This document shows, piece after piece, positions 18,922 through 28,029 of a stretch of DNA of 63,133 bases. The DNA is taken from the NCBI GenBank assembly GCA_938038205.1, contig CALHSA010000002.1:1-63133 (forward strand). The letters run 5' to 3'. Within the stretch, counting starts at the first letter, position 1; every line of letters starts with the position of its first letter. The translations under genes and the position numbers were made by a program. This DNA comes from an uncultured bacterium (GTDB lineage Bacteria > Bdellovibrionota_C > UBA2361 > JANWWW01). Under the pieces are notes generated by a model. The model saw nothing but the letters and a program-made list of their open reading frames with translations. It searched no databases and was not told the DNA's origin.

Positions 18922-21900
18922 TTATTGATCAGCAATAAGCTGAACATCTAAAGCTAAGCTTTGGAGCTCTTTTATTGTAACATTAAAAGATTCTGGTGTA
19001 CCAGGTTCGAGAACATTAACACCTTTTACGATATTTTCATACATCCTGGTTCTACCTGTCACATCGTCACTCTTGACAGTTAAAAACTCTTGAAGTGTAA
19101 ACGCCGCTCCATATGCTTCTAAAGCCCATACTTCCATCTCACCTAACCTTTGTCCTCCCATTTGGCTCTTTCCACCAAGAGGTTGCTGCGTAACCAAACT
19201 ATACGGACCAATACTTCTAGCATGAATCTTATCCTCAACCATATGATGTAGTTTTAATACATACATCACCCCAACAGTCACTTGCTCCTCAAATTTTTGC
19301 CCGGTTCTCCCGTCATATAAATCTACTTTACCACCCGGTTGTAATTTCAACCATTTAAAGATTTTATCAATCTCAGCTTCTTTAGCAGGATCAAAACTGG
19401 CTGTAATGAATTTAGGACCAGAGCTTTCTTTAAGCGCAAGTTTTAACAAATCTGAATTGTTTAATTTTTCAATCAACCGTTTACTTTCTTCGTCGTCATA
19501 AATGAACATTAGAATGTTTCTAAGCTTTGAAATAACCTCATCCTTTGTATTTTGGTTAGTAGGTATTTCTTTACCAGTAGATAGGTCAATAACTTTACTG
19601 AGCTCGCTTTTGATTAATTCGGCTAATTTAAAACTAGCTAGTCCTAAATATGCCTCAAGAAGCTGCCCAATATTCATTCTTGATGGTACTCCAAGCGGAT
19701 TTAATACCATATCAACTGGGGTTCCATCTTCAAGAAAAGGCATATCTTCTTCTGGAACAATCTTAGATACAACACCTTTATTTCCATGCCTGCCAGCGAA
19801 CTTATCACCTGGCTGAATTTTTCTCTTCGAGGCAACATAAACTTTAACCATTTTTACTATTCCTGCAGGTAATTCATCTCCTTCTTTGACCCTTTTTATC
19901 TTCTCATTGTAAACAGCTTTTCTAGCAGAAACTAATTTACTCGCTCCAGTTACTAAATCAAAAACTCTTCTGTTAATATTCTCATCCCCAAAGTTCAAAT
20001 CCGCTATTGATTCAAATGGAATTGATTTTAGTTCTTTTTCACTCAAACACTGACCTTTCTGAAAAACTACCTTACCTTTCGTAAACTGAGAACTAATTGG
20101 CTTGTTTGAAATTAAACTGGCTATTTCTTTGATGGCACCATCCCTTATACTTTCAATCTCCTCTTTGAGGTCATTCTCCAACCTTTCAATCTCCCTTTTC
20201 TCTATTAATTTCGCTCTCTCATCCTTTGCAACACCTCTTCTGGTATAAATTTGAGTATCAATAACAACCCCATGAACACCAGGTGGAACTCTTAATGATG
20301 AATCCTTAAATTCTCCCGCTTTTTCACCAAAAATCGCTCTTAAGAGTTTTTCCTCCGGAGTAAGCTGACTTTCACCTTTTGGGGTTACTTTTCCTACCAA
20401 AATATCCCCAGGTTTTACAAAAGTACCAATCGAGATTATCCCTGTCTCATCAAGGTTAGCTAGAGCTTCTTCCCCAATGTTCGGTATATCCCTAGTTATC
20501 TCCTCTCTACCAAGCTTGGTGTCACGAGCAAGGCACTCAAACTCTTCAATGTGAATTGATGTAAAAATATCATGTTTAAGGAGTCTCTCTGAGACCAAGA
20601 TGGAGTCTTCAAAATTGTAACCATGCCAGGGCATGAATGCTATTAAAATATTCTGACCTAAAGCTAACTCTCCATTATCTGAATTAAAGCTATCAGCTAT
20701 AACCTGCCCAGCTTTTACAACTTCACCCTGACTAACCCTTGGTCTAAAATTTATACAAGTATCCTGATTTGTTCTTTTAAATTTTTTCAAATGATAAATG
20801 TCAATCCCTACATCATCATCTCGACCTGATTTTTTATCAGCTCTAATTGTTATCCTGCTTGAATCAACATAAATTACTTTACCTCCACGTTTGGCAACTA
20901 AACAGCTCCTCGATTGTTTGCCAATCTCTAATTCGATACCAGTGCCTACGATAGGAGCTTGCGGCTTAATACACGGCACACCTTGTCTTTGCATGTTAGA
21001 ACCCATCAGAGCCCTATTAGCATCATCATGCTCAAGAAATGGTATTAATCCTGCCGATATTGAAATAATCTGTTTAGGACTTACATCAATTTTAGTAATC
21101 TCCATAGGTGATACCATTTTATACTCTCCCCCACTTCGAACTTGTATCAATGACCCGATAAAAGAATTTTTGTTAGGATCATAACTGCTCGCCGGCGCTA
21201 TAATCTCTGAGTACTCCTCTAAAGCTGTTAGGTAAACAACTTTGTCAGTTACCTTACCTTTTTCAACAACACGGTATGGGGTTTGAATAAAACCAAGTTC
21301 ATTCACCGTTGCGTACATACTTGGAGACACTATCAACCCAATATTTTGACCTTCTGGAGTTTCAATAGGACAAATTCTTCCATAATGGCTCGGATGAACA
21401 TCTCTGACCTCAAATCCAGCTCTATCTCTTGTCAAACCTCCCGGTCCTAAAGCTGATAATCTCCTTTTGTGTGTAATCTCTGTTAAAGTATTAGTTTGAT
21501 CTAGAAATTGACATAACTGACCAGTCGCAAAGAACTCTTTTAGAACGTTAGATACCGGCTTGAAATTCACCAATTCTTGCGGGACCGCAACCTCTAAGTC
21601 CTGCGATGTCATTTTTTCCCTAATTGCTCTCTCCAATCTTACTACAGCTATCCTGAAATGGTTCTCTACAAGCTCTCCAACAGACCTAACCCTTCTGTTG
21701 CCTAGATGATCAATATCATCTACGGTGTAGGTTACAGTATCAACAGCAGCCTTTAAGTGTAGTAAATAATTAAAAGTTTCAATGATATCTTCAGGCAACA
21801 AACATCCATCCTTTCTAGTAGGAGAAACCAGATTTCTGGATATATACAACTTGTGATTCAATTTAAAAATTCCTATGTCTGATAAATCGTACCTTTCTGG

Positions 21901-23298
21901 CGAGAAAAATAAATTCTTGAAAGTATTAACAGCTGTCTCTAACCTAGCTGGATCGCCAGGCCTGATTTTTTTATATATTTCGATATACGATTCTTCCTGA
22001 GCTTTGTTGGTAACCCAAGCCCAAATATTATCTGGGTCCGGATCCATTCGATCAGTTAGTAGGGTCTTTATTAAACCCTCTCCTAAATATAAATCATCTG
22101 TATAAAGAACCCTAACAGTTTTAACGTTTAAGTTTGCTAGTTTCGAAATTAAGCCCTCCGTTACAATCTCACCTTTTGAATTCGTTTCATCAACAGTTAT
22201 TTGAGTCCCTGCCCAACAAATCACAGTAAGTGAATTGAAAATTTCAGCACACTGAGATTCTGTTAAACCTTTTGCTAGTAAATTCTTCGATATTTCTCTT
22301 AAATTTGATAAACCAACAATTACTTGATTCTTTTCGAATATAACCTCTTTTGTCTTTGGATTTATGATATTCTCTTTAGCATAAAAATAACTATCAGCTA
22401 TGTAACAAGATTTAAGATAAGAGGGATCTAAACTAACCTCCTTGATTTTATACTCAGCTAATCGACGTAAAATTGCCCTTGTAAAACGTTGACCCTTTTT
22501 TACAAACACTTTGTCATCAATCTTAACGTCTGAAAAAGCTCTCTGACCCTCTAGCTGAGATAAATTAAAATCTCTAAAATACTGACCCTTTTCATATCTA
22601 ACAGAGAAAGTAGGGTAAAAACGATTAATGATTTGCTCACGATCTAAACCTAAAGCTCTTAAAATAAGGGTTGCATTAAATTTTCTTTTCTTATCAATTC
22701 TTGCATAAAGTATGTCCTTGTAGTCAAATTCTAAATCTAGCCAACTACCTCTATAAGGTATTATTCTGGCTGAAAATAAAAGTTTACCAGAGCTATGAGT
22801 CTTACCAGAATCATGACCAAAAAACACCCCAGGAGATCTGTGCAACTGACTAACAACAACTTTCTCAGTTCCATTAATAATAAATGTTCCTTCTTCCGTC
22901 ATTAATGGTATTTCACCGAAATAAACCTTATCCTCCTTTAATGCAGTAAGAGTTCTCTTCCCAGTCTCTGGATCAATATCCCACAGGATTAGATTTAATA
23001 TCACCCTTAATGATGCAACATAACTCATTCCCCTTGATTTGCACTCTTGAACATCATATTTAGGAGGCTCAATTTCATAAGACACAAACTCTAAGATAGC
23101 CTGATTATTTGGATCCTTGATTGGAAATACGCTCTTAAGAACTCTTTGAAGGCCAATATCCTGCCGTTCCGAAGGAGGTACATTGGCTTGCAAAAATTCT
23201 TGATAGCTCCTTTTCTGTACCTCCATTAAATCAGGTAGGGATAAATAATCTGTTCCCTTACCGAAAGTCTTTCTCAAAACAAGATTATCTACTCGCAT
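18922..23298 (-). CDS. rpoB: RNA polymerase beta subunit (1458 aa, with lineage-specific inserts)
   Basis: QLHRSPG, DVHPSHYGRICPIETPEG, GDKFAGRHGNKG, GGQRLGEMEVWA. Confidence 0.99.
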   Translation of the reverse strand: MRVDNLVLRKTFGKGTDYLSLPDLMEVQKRSYQEFLQANVPPSERQDIGLQRVLKSVFPIKDPNNQAILEFVSYEIEPPKYDVQECKSRGMSYVASLRVILNLILWDIDPETGKRTLTALKEDKVYFGEIPLMTEEGTFIINGTEKVVVSQLHRSPGVFFGHDSGKTHSSGKLLFSARIIPYRGSWLDLEFDYKDILYARIDKKRKFNATLILRALGLDREQIINRFYPTFSVRYEKGQYFRDFNLSQLEGQRAFSDVKIDDKVFVKKGQRFTRAILRRLAEYKIKEVSLDPSYLKSCYIADSYFYAKENIINPKTKEVIFEKNQVIVGLSNLREISKNLLAKGLTESQCAEIFNSLTVICWAGTQITVDETNSKGEIVTEGLISKLANLNVKTVRVLYTDDLYLGEGLIKTLLTDRMDPDPDNIWAWVTNKAQEESYIEIYKKIRPGDPARLETAVNTFKNLFFSPERYDLSDIGIFKLNHKLYISRNLVSPTRKDGCLLPEDIIETFNYLLHLKAAVDTVTYTVDDIDHLGNRRVRSVGELVENHFRIAVVRLERAIREKMTSQDLEVAVPQELVNFKPVSNVLKEFFATGQLCQFLDQTNTLTEITHKRRLSALGPGGLTRDRAGFEVRDVHPSHYGRICPIETPEGQNIGLIVSPSMYATVNELGFIQTPYRVVEKGKVTDKVVYLTALEEYSEIIAPASSYDPNKNSFIGSLIQVRSGGEYKMVSPMEITKIDVSPKQIISISAGLIPFLEHDDANRALMGSNMQRQGVPCIKPQAPIVGTGIELEIGKQSRSCLVAKRGGKVIYVDSSRITIRADKKSGRDDDVGIDIYHLKKFKRTNQDTCINFRPRVSQGEVVKAGQVIADSFNSDNGELALGQNILIAFMPWHGYNFEDSILVSERLLKHDIFTSIHIEEFECLARDTKLGREEITRDIPNIGEEALANLDETGIISIGTFVKPGDILVGKVTPKGESQLTPEEKLLRAIFGEKAGEFKDSSLRVPPGVHGVVIDTQIYTRRGVAKDERAKLIEKREIERLENDLKEEIESIRDGAIKEIASLISNKPISSQFTKGKVVFQKGQCLSEKELKSIPFESIADLNFGDENINRRVFDLVTGASKLVSARKAVYNEKIKRVKEGDELPAGIVKMVKVYVASKRKIQPGDKFAGRHGNKGVVSKIVPEEDMPFLEDGTPVDMVLNPLGVPSRMNIGQLLEAYLGLASFKLAELIKSELSKVIDLSTGKEIPTNQNTKDEVISKLRNILMFIYDDEESKRLIEKLNNSDLLKLALKESSGPKFITASFDPAKEAEIDKIFKWLKLQPGGKVDLYDGRTGQKFEEQVTVGVMYVLKLHHMVEDKIHARSIGPYSLVTQQPLGGKSQMGGQRLGEMEVWALEAYGAAFTLQEFLTVKSDDVTGRTRMYENIVKGVNVLEPGTPESFNVTIKELQSLALDVQLIADQ

Positions 23299-23299
23299 A

Positions 23300-23551
23300 C
23301 TAATTAAAATCTCTAAATATAAAATTAGTATGTTCTGAAACAGATTTGGTTTTTAAAAATCCAACGCCTAAACTACTAGAATGTATATTTTGTTGCAAAC
23401 AACCTTCAAAAATCACCGAAAGTGTAAAAATGAATATAACTAAAATCGCAAACTCAGAAGATACTCCAGAAGTAGCTTTTAAAAAATATGTTGATCTGAT
23501 TGCTGAGTCAATAAACCAGCCTAAATCCAGCGATTCAATTACATGAAACAT
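23300..23551 (-). CDS. Small hypothetical protein, 83 aa, one hydrophobic segment
   Basis: GGAGGAG upstream of ATG; stop ends 1 nt before the rpoB ATG. Confidence 0.4.
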   Translation of the reverse strand: MFHVIESLDLGWFIDSAIRSTYFLKATSGVSSEFAILVIFIFTLSVIFEGCLQQNIHSSSLGVGFLKTKSVSEHTNFIFRDFN

Positions 23552-23773
23552 TTTTTGATAACTCCTCCCAATCTAAATTCACATTCGCTCTTTTTCGAAG
23601 CATAGAAACGAGACAAATTAAATACCGCTAACACATCCAACTTTTTTTTTGTAGAGTAGAAAAAATTATCTCTCAAATATGGTGAGTGCATTTTATAATA
23701 AGTTCAAAATAATTTCAATAACGAAATAGTACGTTTGCTCCAAAAATCTTAAAATTGCATTTAAAAATTTCTG

Positions 23774-24160
23774 CTACTTTATTGATACCTTAGCACCGGC
23801 TTCTTCAAATTTCTTTTTTATTTCTTCTGCTTCCTGTTTCGAAATACCTTCCTTAATCGGCTTTGGTGTGGATTCCACTAAATCTTTAGCTTCTTTCAAA
23901 CCTAAAGTTGTGACCTCTCTCAGGACTTTAATTACCTTGATTTTTTCAGCTCCAGGATCTTCTAAAATAACATCAAATTCAGTTTTCTCTTCTGCTTGCG
24001 AGCTTGCTGGTTGCCCAACTGGCATTGCTGGCATCATACCCATAACAGGTGCAGCTTGAATTCCTAACTCTTCCTCCAGTCTTTTTACTAGAGCTGCCGC
24101 TTGGGCTAAGGTTAAATTCTTGATAGTATTAACTAATTGCTCTTCGTTATAAGATTCCAT
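23774..24160 (-). CDS. rplL: 50S ribosomal protein bL12
   Basis: [10 protein letters not shown]...[22 protein letters not shown]. Confidence 0.98.
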   Translation of the reverse strand: MESYNEEQLVNTIKNLTLAQAAALVKRLEEELGIQAAPVMGMMPAMPVGQPASSQAEEKTEFDVILEDPGAEKIKVIKVLREVTTLGLKEAKDLVESTPKPIKEGISKQEAEEIKKKFEEAGAKVSIK

Positions 24161-24168
24161 ACCTTGGT

Positions 24169-24197
24169 ATTATATAAGTTTGATTTATCCCTGTAAA
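24169..24197 (-). promoter_or_regulatory. Dedicated sigma70 promoter of rplL, 8 nt from ATG
   Basis: Minus strand TTTACA-17 nt-TATAAT-8 nt-ATG. Confidence 0.8.
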
Positions 24198-24204
24198 GCA
24201 CAAC

Positions 24205-25311
24205 CTAAGAGATTTTAAGTGAAAAAACAACCTTTGACCCTGAGTATCTCCAAGAGGGTTTTAACCTATTTGTCACAAGTCTATTGATGTCATCTTCTAG
24301 CGCCTGCAAAAATCTATCAATTACATCCGAAATTGCCTTAAAATACGTCGTTTCACTTAATTCCATCTGAAAATCCATTTTTTTGTAACCTGAAAAAATT
24401 AATACTGAGGTGTTATCGTCAACTCTGGAAAAACACTCAATTTCAACCTTACTTATAGCACCTAGAATTGTACAAAGCTTTAATAATGCCAGGAAACATA
24501 TAGCAGGCAAATCCTTACTTTCATAAGTAAGCTCTACATCGTTAAACTCTCCAAAAATTATCTCAGTTTCTCTGGGTAAAAGTTTGTCTAGTTCAAAAAT
24601 GATATGATCCAAGGCAGCTCTAATGCTTTTAAATATTAAAGTGCCAGCTTCAATCCTCGTTTTAATATACGAAATAGCACAGTTTACTACACTCTCAAAA
24701 TGAGATACCTGCTCGGTTGCTGTTCCAAGATTAGATAGGAAGAATAAAAGATAATTATTATTTAAAAAAGATAGTTTCTTAAGCACCCCAAACCCAACAA
24801 AATTTAAAAAATCAATCATATTAACTTTATCAATCTCATATTTGGCGACTAGATTTTGAATAATTAGGGTAAAATTTGGCACATCAATCTTACTGTACTT
24901 TAAAAGGAGCTTATTGATATATAGGGGTTTATAGTCCTCCGAGAGAACTAATGATGCGACCGGTATAATATCGACTAAGGATTTTATCGATTTTAAGATT
25001 ATTTCTTTGGAAACAGTAAGGACGTTAAAATCCGAGTCGTAAAAAATTTGCTGAGCCCCAATTTTTGAAGCTAAATTTGAAATGAAAGGATCATTTGAAG
25101 GTACTACAAAAAAAACACTCATTCCCTCTACTTCAGTTGCTTTCTTAAATTCCTCTAATGAATCAACTCCCGAGGCTAATAGATGGGGTATTAAAGTTAA
25201 GTTCTGACCTAACTGTTCAAAATGAAATCTTCTCTCAACTTTTGCTTCCTTAGGAAACCTTATACTCAGTTGATTCCAAGTTTTATCTGGTTCAAGTAAA
25301 AGTATGAGCAT
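24205..25311 (-). CDS. Hypothetical protein, 368 aa (possibly an eroded receiver/PAS/kinase-like signalling protein)
   Basis: ILLLEPD receiver-like start and a PAS-like LVDIIPVASLVL...YINK segment; no intact H/N/G boxes. Confidence 0.65.
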   Translation of the reverse strand: MLILLLEPDKTWNQLSIRFPKEAKVERRFHFEQLGQNLTLIPHLLASGVDSLEEFKKATEVEGMSVFFVVPSNDPFISNLASKIGAQQIFYDSDFNVLTVSKEIILKSIKSLVDIIPVASLVLSEDYKPLYINKLLLKYSKIDVPNFTLIIQNLVAKYEIDKVNMIDFLNFVGFGVLKKLSFLNNNYLLFFLSNLGTATEQVSHFESVVNCAISYIKTRIEAGTLIFKSIRAALDHIIFELDKLLPRETEIIFGEFNDVELTYESKDLPAICFLALLKLCTILGAISKVEIECFSRVDDNTSVLIFSGYKKMDFQMELSETTYFKAISDVIDRFLQALEDDINRLVTNRLKPSWRYSGSKVVFSLKIS

Positions 25312-25334
25312 GATATACTTAGTCTAATTTTTAA

Positions 25335-25904
25335 ATGTGTTTCTCGAAACCCTTTTTAGTTTTTGTGTTAACTGGACCCTCCGGAGCTGGTAAAACAACC
25401 ATACTTAATGAAATTTTGTCAAATTATCCCCATGTGTTTAAAAGAATAGTTACATATACAACAAGACCTCCGAGAGATGGAGAAGTAAATGGAAAGGACT
25501 ATCATTTTGTATCATTTGAAGAATTTAAAAATCTTAACGAACAAAACTTTTTTATAGAGGTAGATTTTTACTCTGGTAATTACTACGGTATCCCACGCAT
25601 TAGATTTGAACCTAGTTCATACAACATAATTGCAATCAATTTTAATGGAGTGAAAAATCTTAAAAGATGTTACGGAAAGTCGGTAATATCGATTGCTTTG
25701 CTAGCTGATAAAGGTGAATTAGCCCAAAGACTTATGGCACGGAAAGGAGAAGATGTTGAAAAGAGATTAAAAAACTTAGAAAAAGAATTTGAAAAATTAC
25801 TAAAATTCGGAGATAAGTATATTGATTATTTTGTTAACAATGAAACAATTGAAACTTGCACAAAAAAAATTGAGAAAATATTAGATATTCATTTACGATT
25901 ATGA
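25335..25904 (+). CDS. gmk: Guanylate kinase
   Basis: GPSGAGKTT, TTRPPRDGEVNGKDYHFV, GNYYG. Confidence 0.95.
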   Translation: MCFSKPFLVFVLTGPSGAGKTTILNEILSNYPHVFKRIVTYTTRPPRDGEVNGKDYHFVSFEEFKNLNEQNFFIEVDFYSGNYYGIPRIRFEPSSYNIIAINFNGVKNLKRCYGKSVISIALLADKGELAQRLMARKGEDVEKRLKNLEKEFEKLLKFGDKYIDYFVNNETIETCTKKIEKILDIHLRL

Positions 25905-26383
25905 ACTTTAACTTAATATTTTTAGTCATACTATCAACGGTAATACTAGGATGCAGCACAAAGGTTGTTGGTTCTAGTAAAACTCAAAAAGAGAAAAAAT
26001 TGGTAACTGTAGCTGAAGTGTTGGGAGGTGAGTCTAAAAATATAATTGTCATTGAAAGAAACTTATCATCAAAAGAGCTACAGAGTATAGTTTCTCATCC
26101 GGAAATCACTAGTATTCGACTAATTCGGTTAACTAGGCCAGCTGGTATTGAGCTTTTACCAGAGTACAGGCTTTTAGATATTACTAAAGACGGACCTTAT
26201 GCCAAACTAGGCTTTGAACCAGGAGACATAATAATAGGGTGTCATGGATTTATCCTTGATTCACCTATTCAGTTTTTTAGGTACGTAAAGAGTCTTCACC
26301 TGCTAGATAACCCTTCTTTTGACCTGATTCGAAGAAATAAACACCTTAAAATTCAAATTGTTAAATTACCTGACGATACCTAA
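25901..26383 (+). CDS. Lipoprotein with GspC-like C-terminal PDZ domain
   Basis: Lipobox ILGC; YRLLDI...GPYAKLGFEPGDII...G and LIRRNK resemble GspC PDZ domains. Confidence 0.65.
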   Translation: MNFNLIFLVILSTVILGCSTKVVGSSKTQKEKKLVTVAEVLGGESKNIIVIERNLSSKELQSIVSHPEITSIRLIRLTRPAGIELLPEYRLLDITKDGPYAKLGFEPGDIIIGCHGFILDSPIQFFRYVKSLHLLDNPSFDLIRRNKHLKIQIVKLPDDT

Positions 26384-26897
26384 CCTCTTGAAATGGTTTA
26401 TCGTTTAAAACGCTCTCAATCTCTTCAGTCATACTTTTAAAACCAAAAACCCAAATATATTGCCCTTTATTGGATCCTGAGAGAACTTGAGCCACCAGTC
26501 CATCTAAATTGTTAATCTTCCTTAAATAAACACTTTCACCATCGGTGGCTAAAACTAAAGATAATAAATCAGAGTGTTTTTTGATTCTTTTTTGTATCAA
26601 ATCACACGCTTCTTTAAACCTTTTAATCTGTAAACCCTCTTTTTTAAGTTTTATTAACCAATACAATAATACGAGATCTTTGAAGCTAAATTTTTTCCTA
26701 CCTCTATACATGCCGCGACCTGAGGGTGTGATAATTCTGTTTTTTACATAATAATTCAGTAAAGGGAGATTAATTTTCGAACTCGAGCCCAAAAGTTTAG
26801 TTAATAAATTACAAACTTCTACTGCTGTAAATTCTTGAAATATTTTATCTTTATGATCTGCAATCGGCTCACGGCTCACTGTTAAAAAGTGTAGCAC
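26361..26897 (-). CDS. MerR-family HTH regulator (Rv1830-like subfamily)
   Basis: FTAVEVC...LNYY...IITPS...KFSFKDLV HTH; LVLATDGESVY...GQ..VFG C-domain. Confidence 0.8.
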   Translation of the reverse strand: MLHFLTVSREPIADHKDKIFQEFTAVEVCNLLTKLLGSSSKINLPLLNYYVKNRIITPSGRGMYRGRKKFSFKDLVLLYWLIKLKKEGLQIKRFKEACDLIQKRIKKHSDLLSLVLATDGESVYLRKINNLDGLVAQVLSGSNKGQYIWVFGFKSMTEEIESVLNDKPFQEVRYRQVI

Positions 26898-27651
26898 TTG
26901 GCTCTATTTTTGGCAACAGACATAAAAGAATAGGTACATAAGCATTAGATCTAACTCCATAAACCGCCTCCTTTCCTTTGTACCACAATGAAACCGAATC
27001 TCCACCATCCAAAAGTGCACTAAACTCGCATGTTTTTTTCTCAAAAATTTTCTCCAAATTCGAACGGGCAAATGATGAAAAAAAACTAATTAAGCTGAAT
27101 TTTTTCTTGGTTTCTGCACAGATAAATGACATGGAATTCACAAACCAGTTGAGTCTAAGCTCTCTTGGTGTTTGAAACACTATACTAGTTTGAATAGCCT
27201 CTAAGACATTTGGAGGGAGTTTGTCTCCAACCTTGAAATTCTCGAACCCATTCTGGGTTACACAAACAATATTGGTTATGCTTCCTCTGGAATAATGAAT
27301 AGGGTTCGAAATTTTTCCTCTCGTAATGATTAGACCAAGAGGTTCACTATCCGATGTATAAAAAGATCCATTAATACAGCCATAAACAGGATAATTTTGT
27401 ACGTATTTTTTGACATTCAGCATCTCTCTTCTTTGATTTCTTGAATCAATAATTCGTACCAACACCTCTTCAAGATCAGATTTAAGCGCAGAATACTTCA
27501 GGAAAGAAACCGGAGCTACAAAAAAGGTGAATGTTTCCCCGATATACTGAGTTGAATAGAACACTTGAAAGGAGCTAAAACTAACAAGCCCAGAAGATAT
27601 TAAACCGATAACAATCCCTAAAATGGCCAGTAGCCCTGATCTAAAAAACAC
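26869..27651 (-). CDS. Exported phosphodiester glycosidase (NAGPA/DUF2233) family protein
   Basis: Signal/TM segment; INGSFY, PLGLII..G, ALLDGGDS, VP..L motifs; GTG start. Confidence 0.75.
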   Translation of the reverse strand: MFFRSGLLAILGIVIGLISSGLVSFSSFQVFYSTQYIGETFTFFVAPVSFLKYSALKSDLEEVLVRIIDSRNQRREMLNVKKYVQNYPVYGCINGSFYTSDSEPLGLIITRGKISNPIHYSRGSITNIVCVTQNGFENFKVGDKLPPNVLEAIQTSIVFQTPRELRLNWFVNSMSFICAETKKKFSLISFFSSFARSNLEKIFEKKTCEFSALLDGGDSVSLWYKGKEAVYGVRSNAYVPILLCLLPKIEPSATLFNSEP

Positions 27652-27664
27652 CAGTAATTTATTG

Positions 27665-27693
27665 AATATATTTTAAAAAAAGCTGACCGTCAA
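27665..27693 (-). promoter_or_regulatory. Sigma70 promoter for the NAGPA-merR operon, with its -35 inside the hairpin
   Basis: Minus strand TTGACG (27693-27688), 17 nt, TATATT (27670-27665). Confidence 0.65.
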
Positions 27694-27708
27694 ATCAGAC
27701 GGTCAGCT
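27675..27708 (-). terminator. GC-rich hairpin with U7 tail (intrinsic terminator and/or operator dyad)
   Basis: Plus strand agctgaccgtc-aaatca-gacggtcagct, 11-bp perfect stem, preceded by an A run. Confidence 0.8.
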
Positions 27709-27801
27709 ATGGCGCTGTGGTATGTTATTTAGATTTTTTGCTTCAAATTTAGGATGCTAAAAACTGAGACTTTATTGAGTCTGAAGTTATCAAAAGAATA
27801 A

Positions 27802-28029
27802 ATGACTAATTTTTCTTCGATTAAAGAGCTGGTCGATATTGAAAGTAGGATTGAGCATATCGAAAATCTAGCGCTCTGGATTGCAAGAGAAACATCTCAT
27901 TTAGATCAGCCTGTAAGTCAAACAAGTGCACTTATATCTGTCGTTTGTGAGGATTTAAGGGAGAAAATAATCGAACTGGTTAAACGCCTTGAAAATCAGA
28001 TAAAGGAATTCGAAAAAATTATTCAATAA
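27802..28029 (+). CDS. Small helical/coiled-coil hypothetical protein, 75 aa
   Basis: ATG ORF with heptad pattern; stop overlaps the TolC-family stop. Confidence 0.75.
   Translation: MTNFSSIKELVDIESRIEHIENLALWIARETSHLDQPVSQTSALISVVCEDLREKIIELVKRLENQIKEFEKIIQ

Noticed and set aside
15315-21184. ORFs antisense or out of frame within rpoC/rpoB (15315, 15334, 15449, 16186, 17951, 19502, 20891)
   Set aside because: Shadow ORFs of highly conserved genes. The same applies to those inside sppA, rplY, virB4, pepA, gyrA, gpsA, plsY, sctV and dnaE2.
22000-22620. Extra sequence in RpoB as a possible intein
   Set aside because: No Cys/Ser...His-Asn splice junctions or LAGLIDADG motifs; it fits ordinary lineage-specific beta insertions.
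23346-23546. 66-aa plus-strand ORF between rpoB and rplL
   Set aside because: TTG start without SD, and antisense to the better-supported 83-aa minus-strand ORF.
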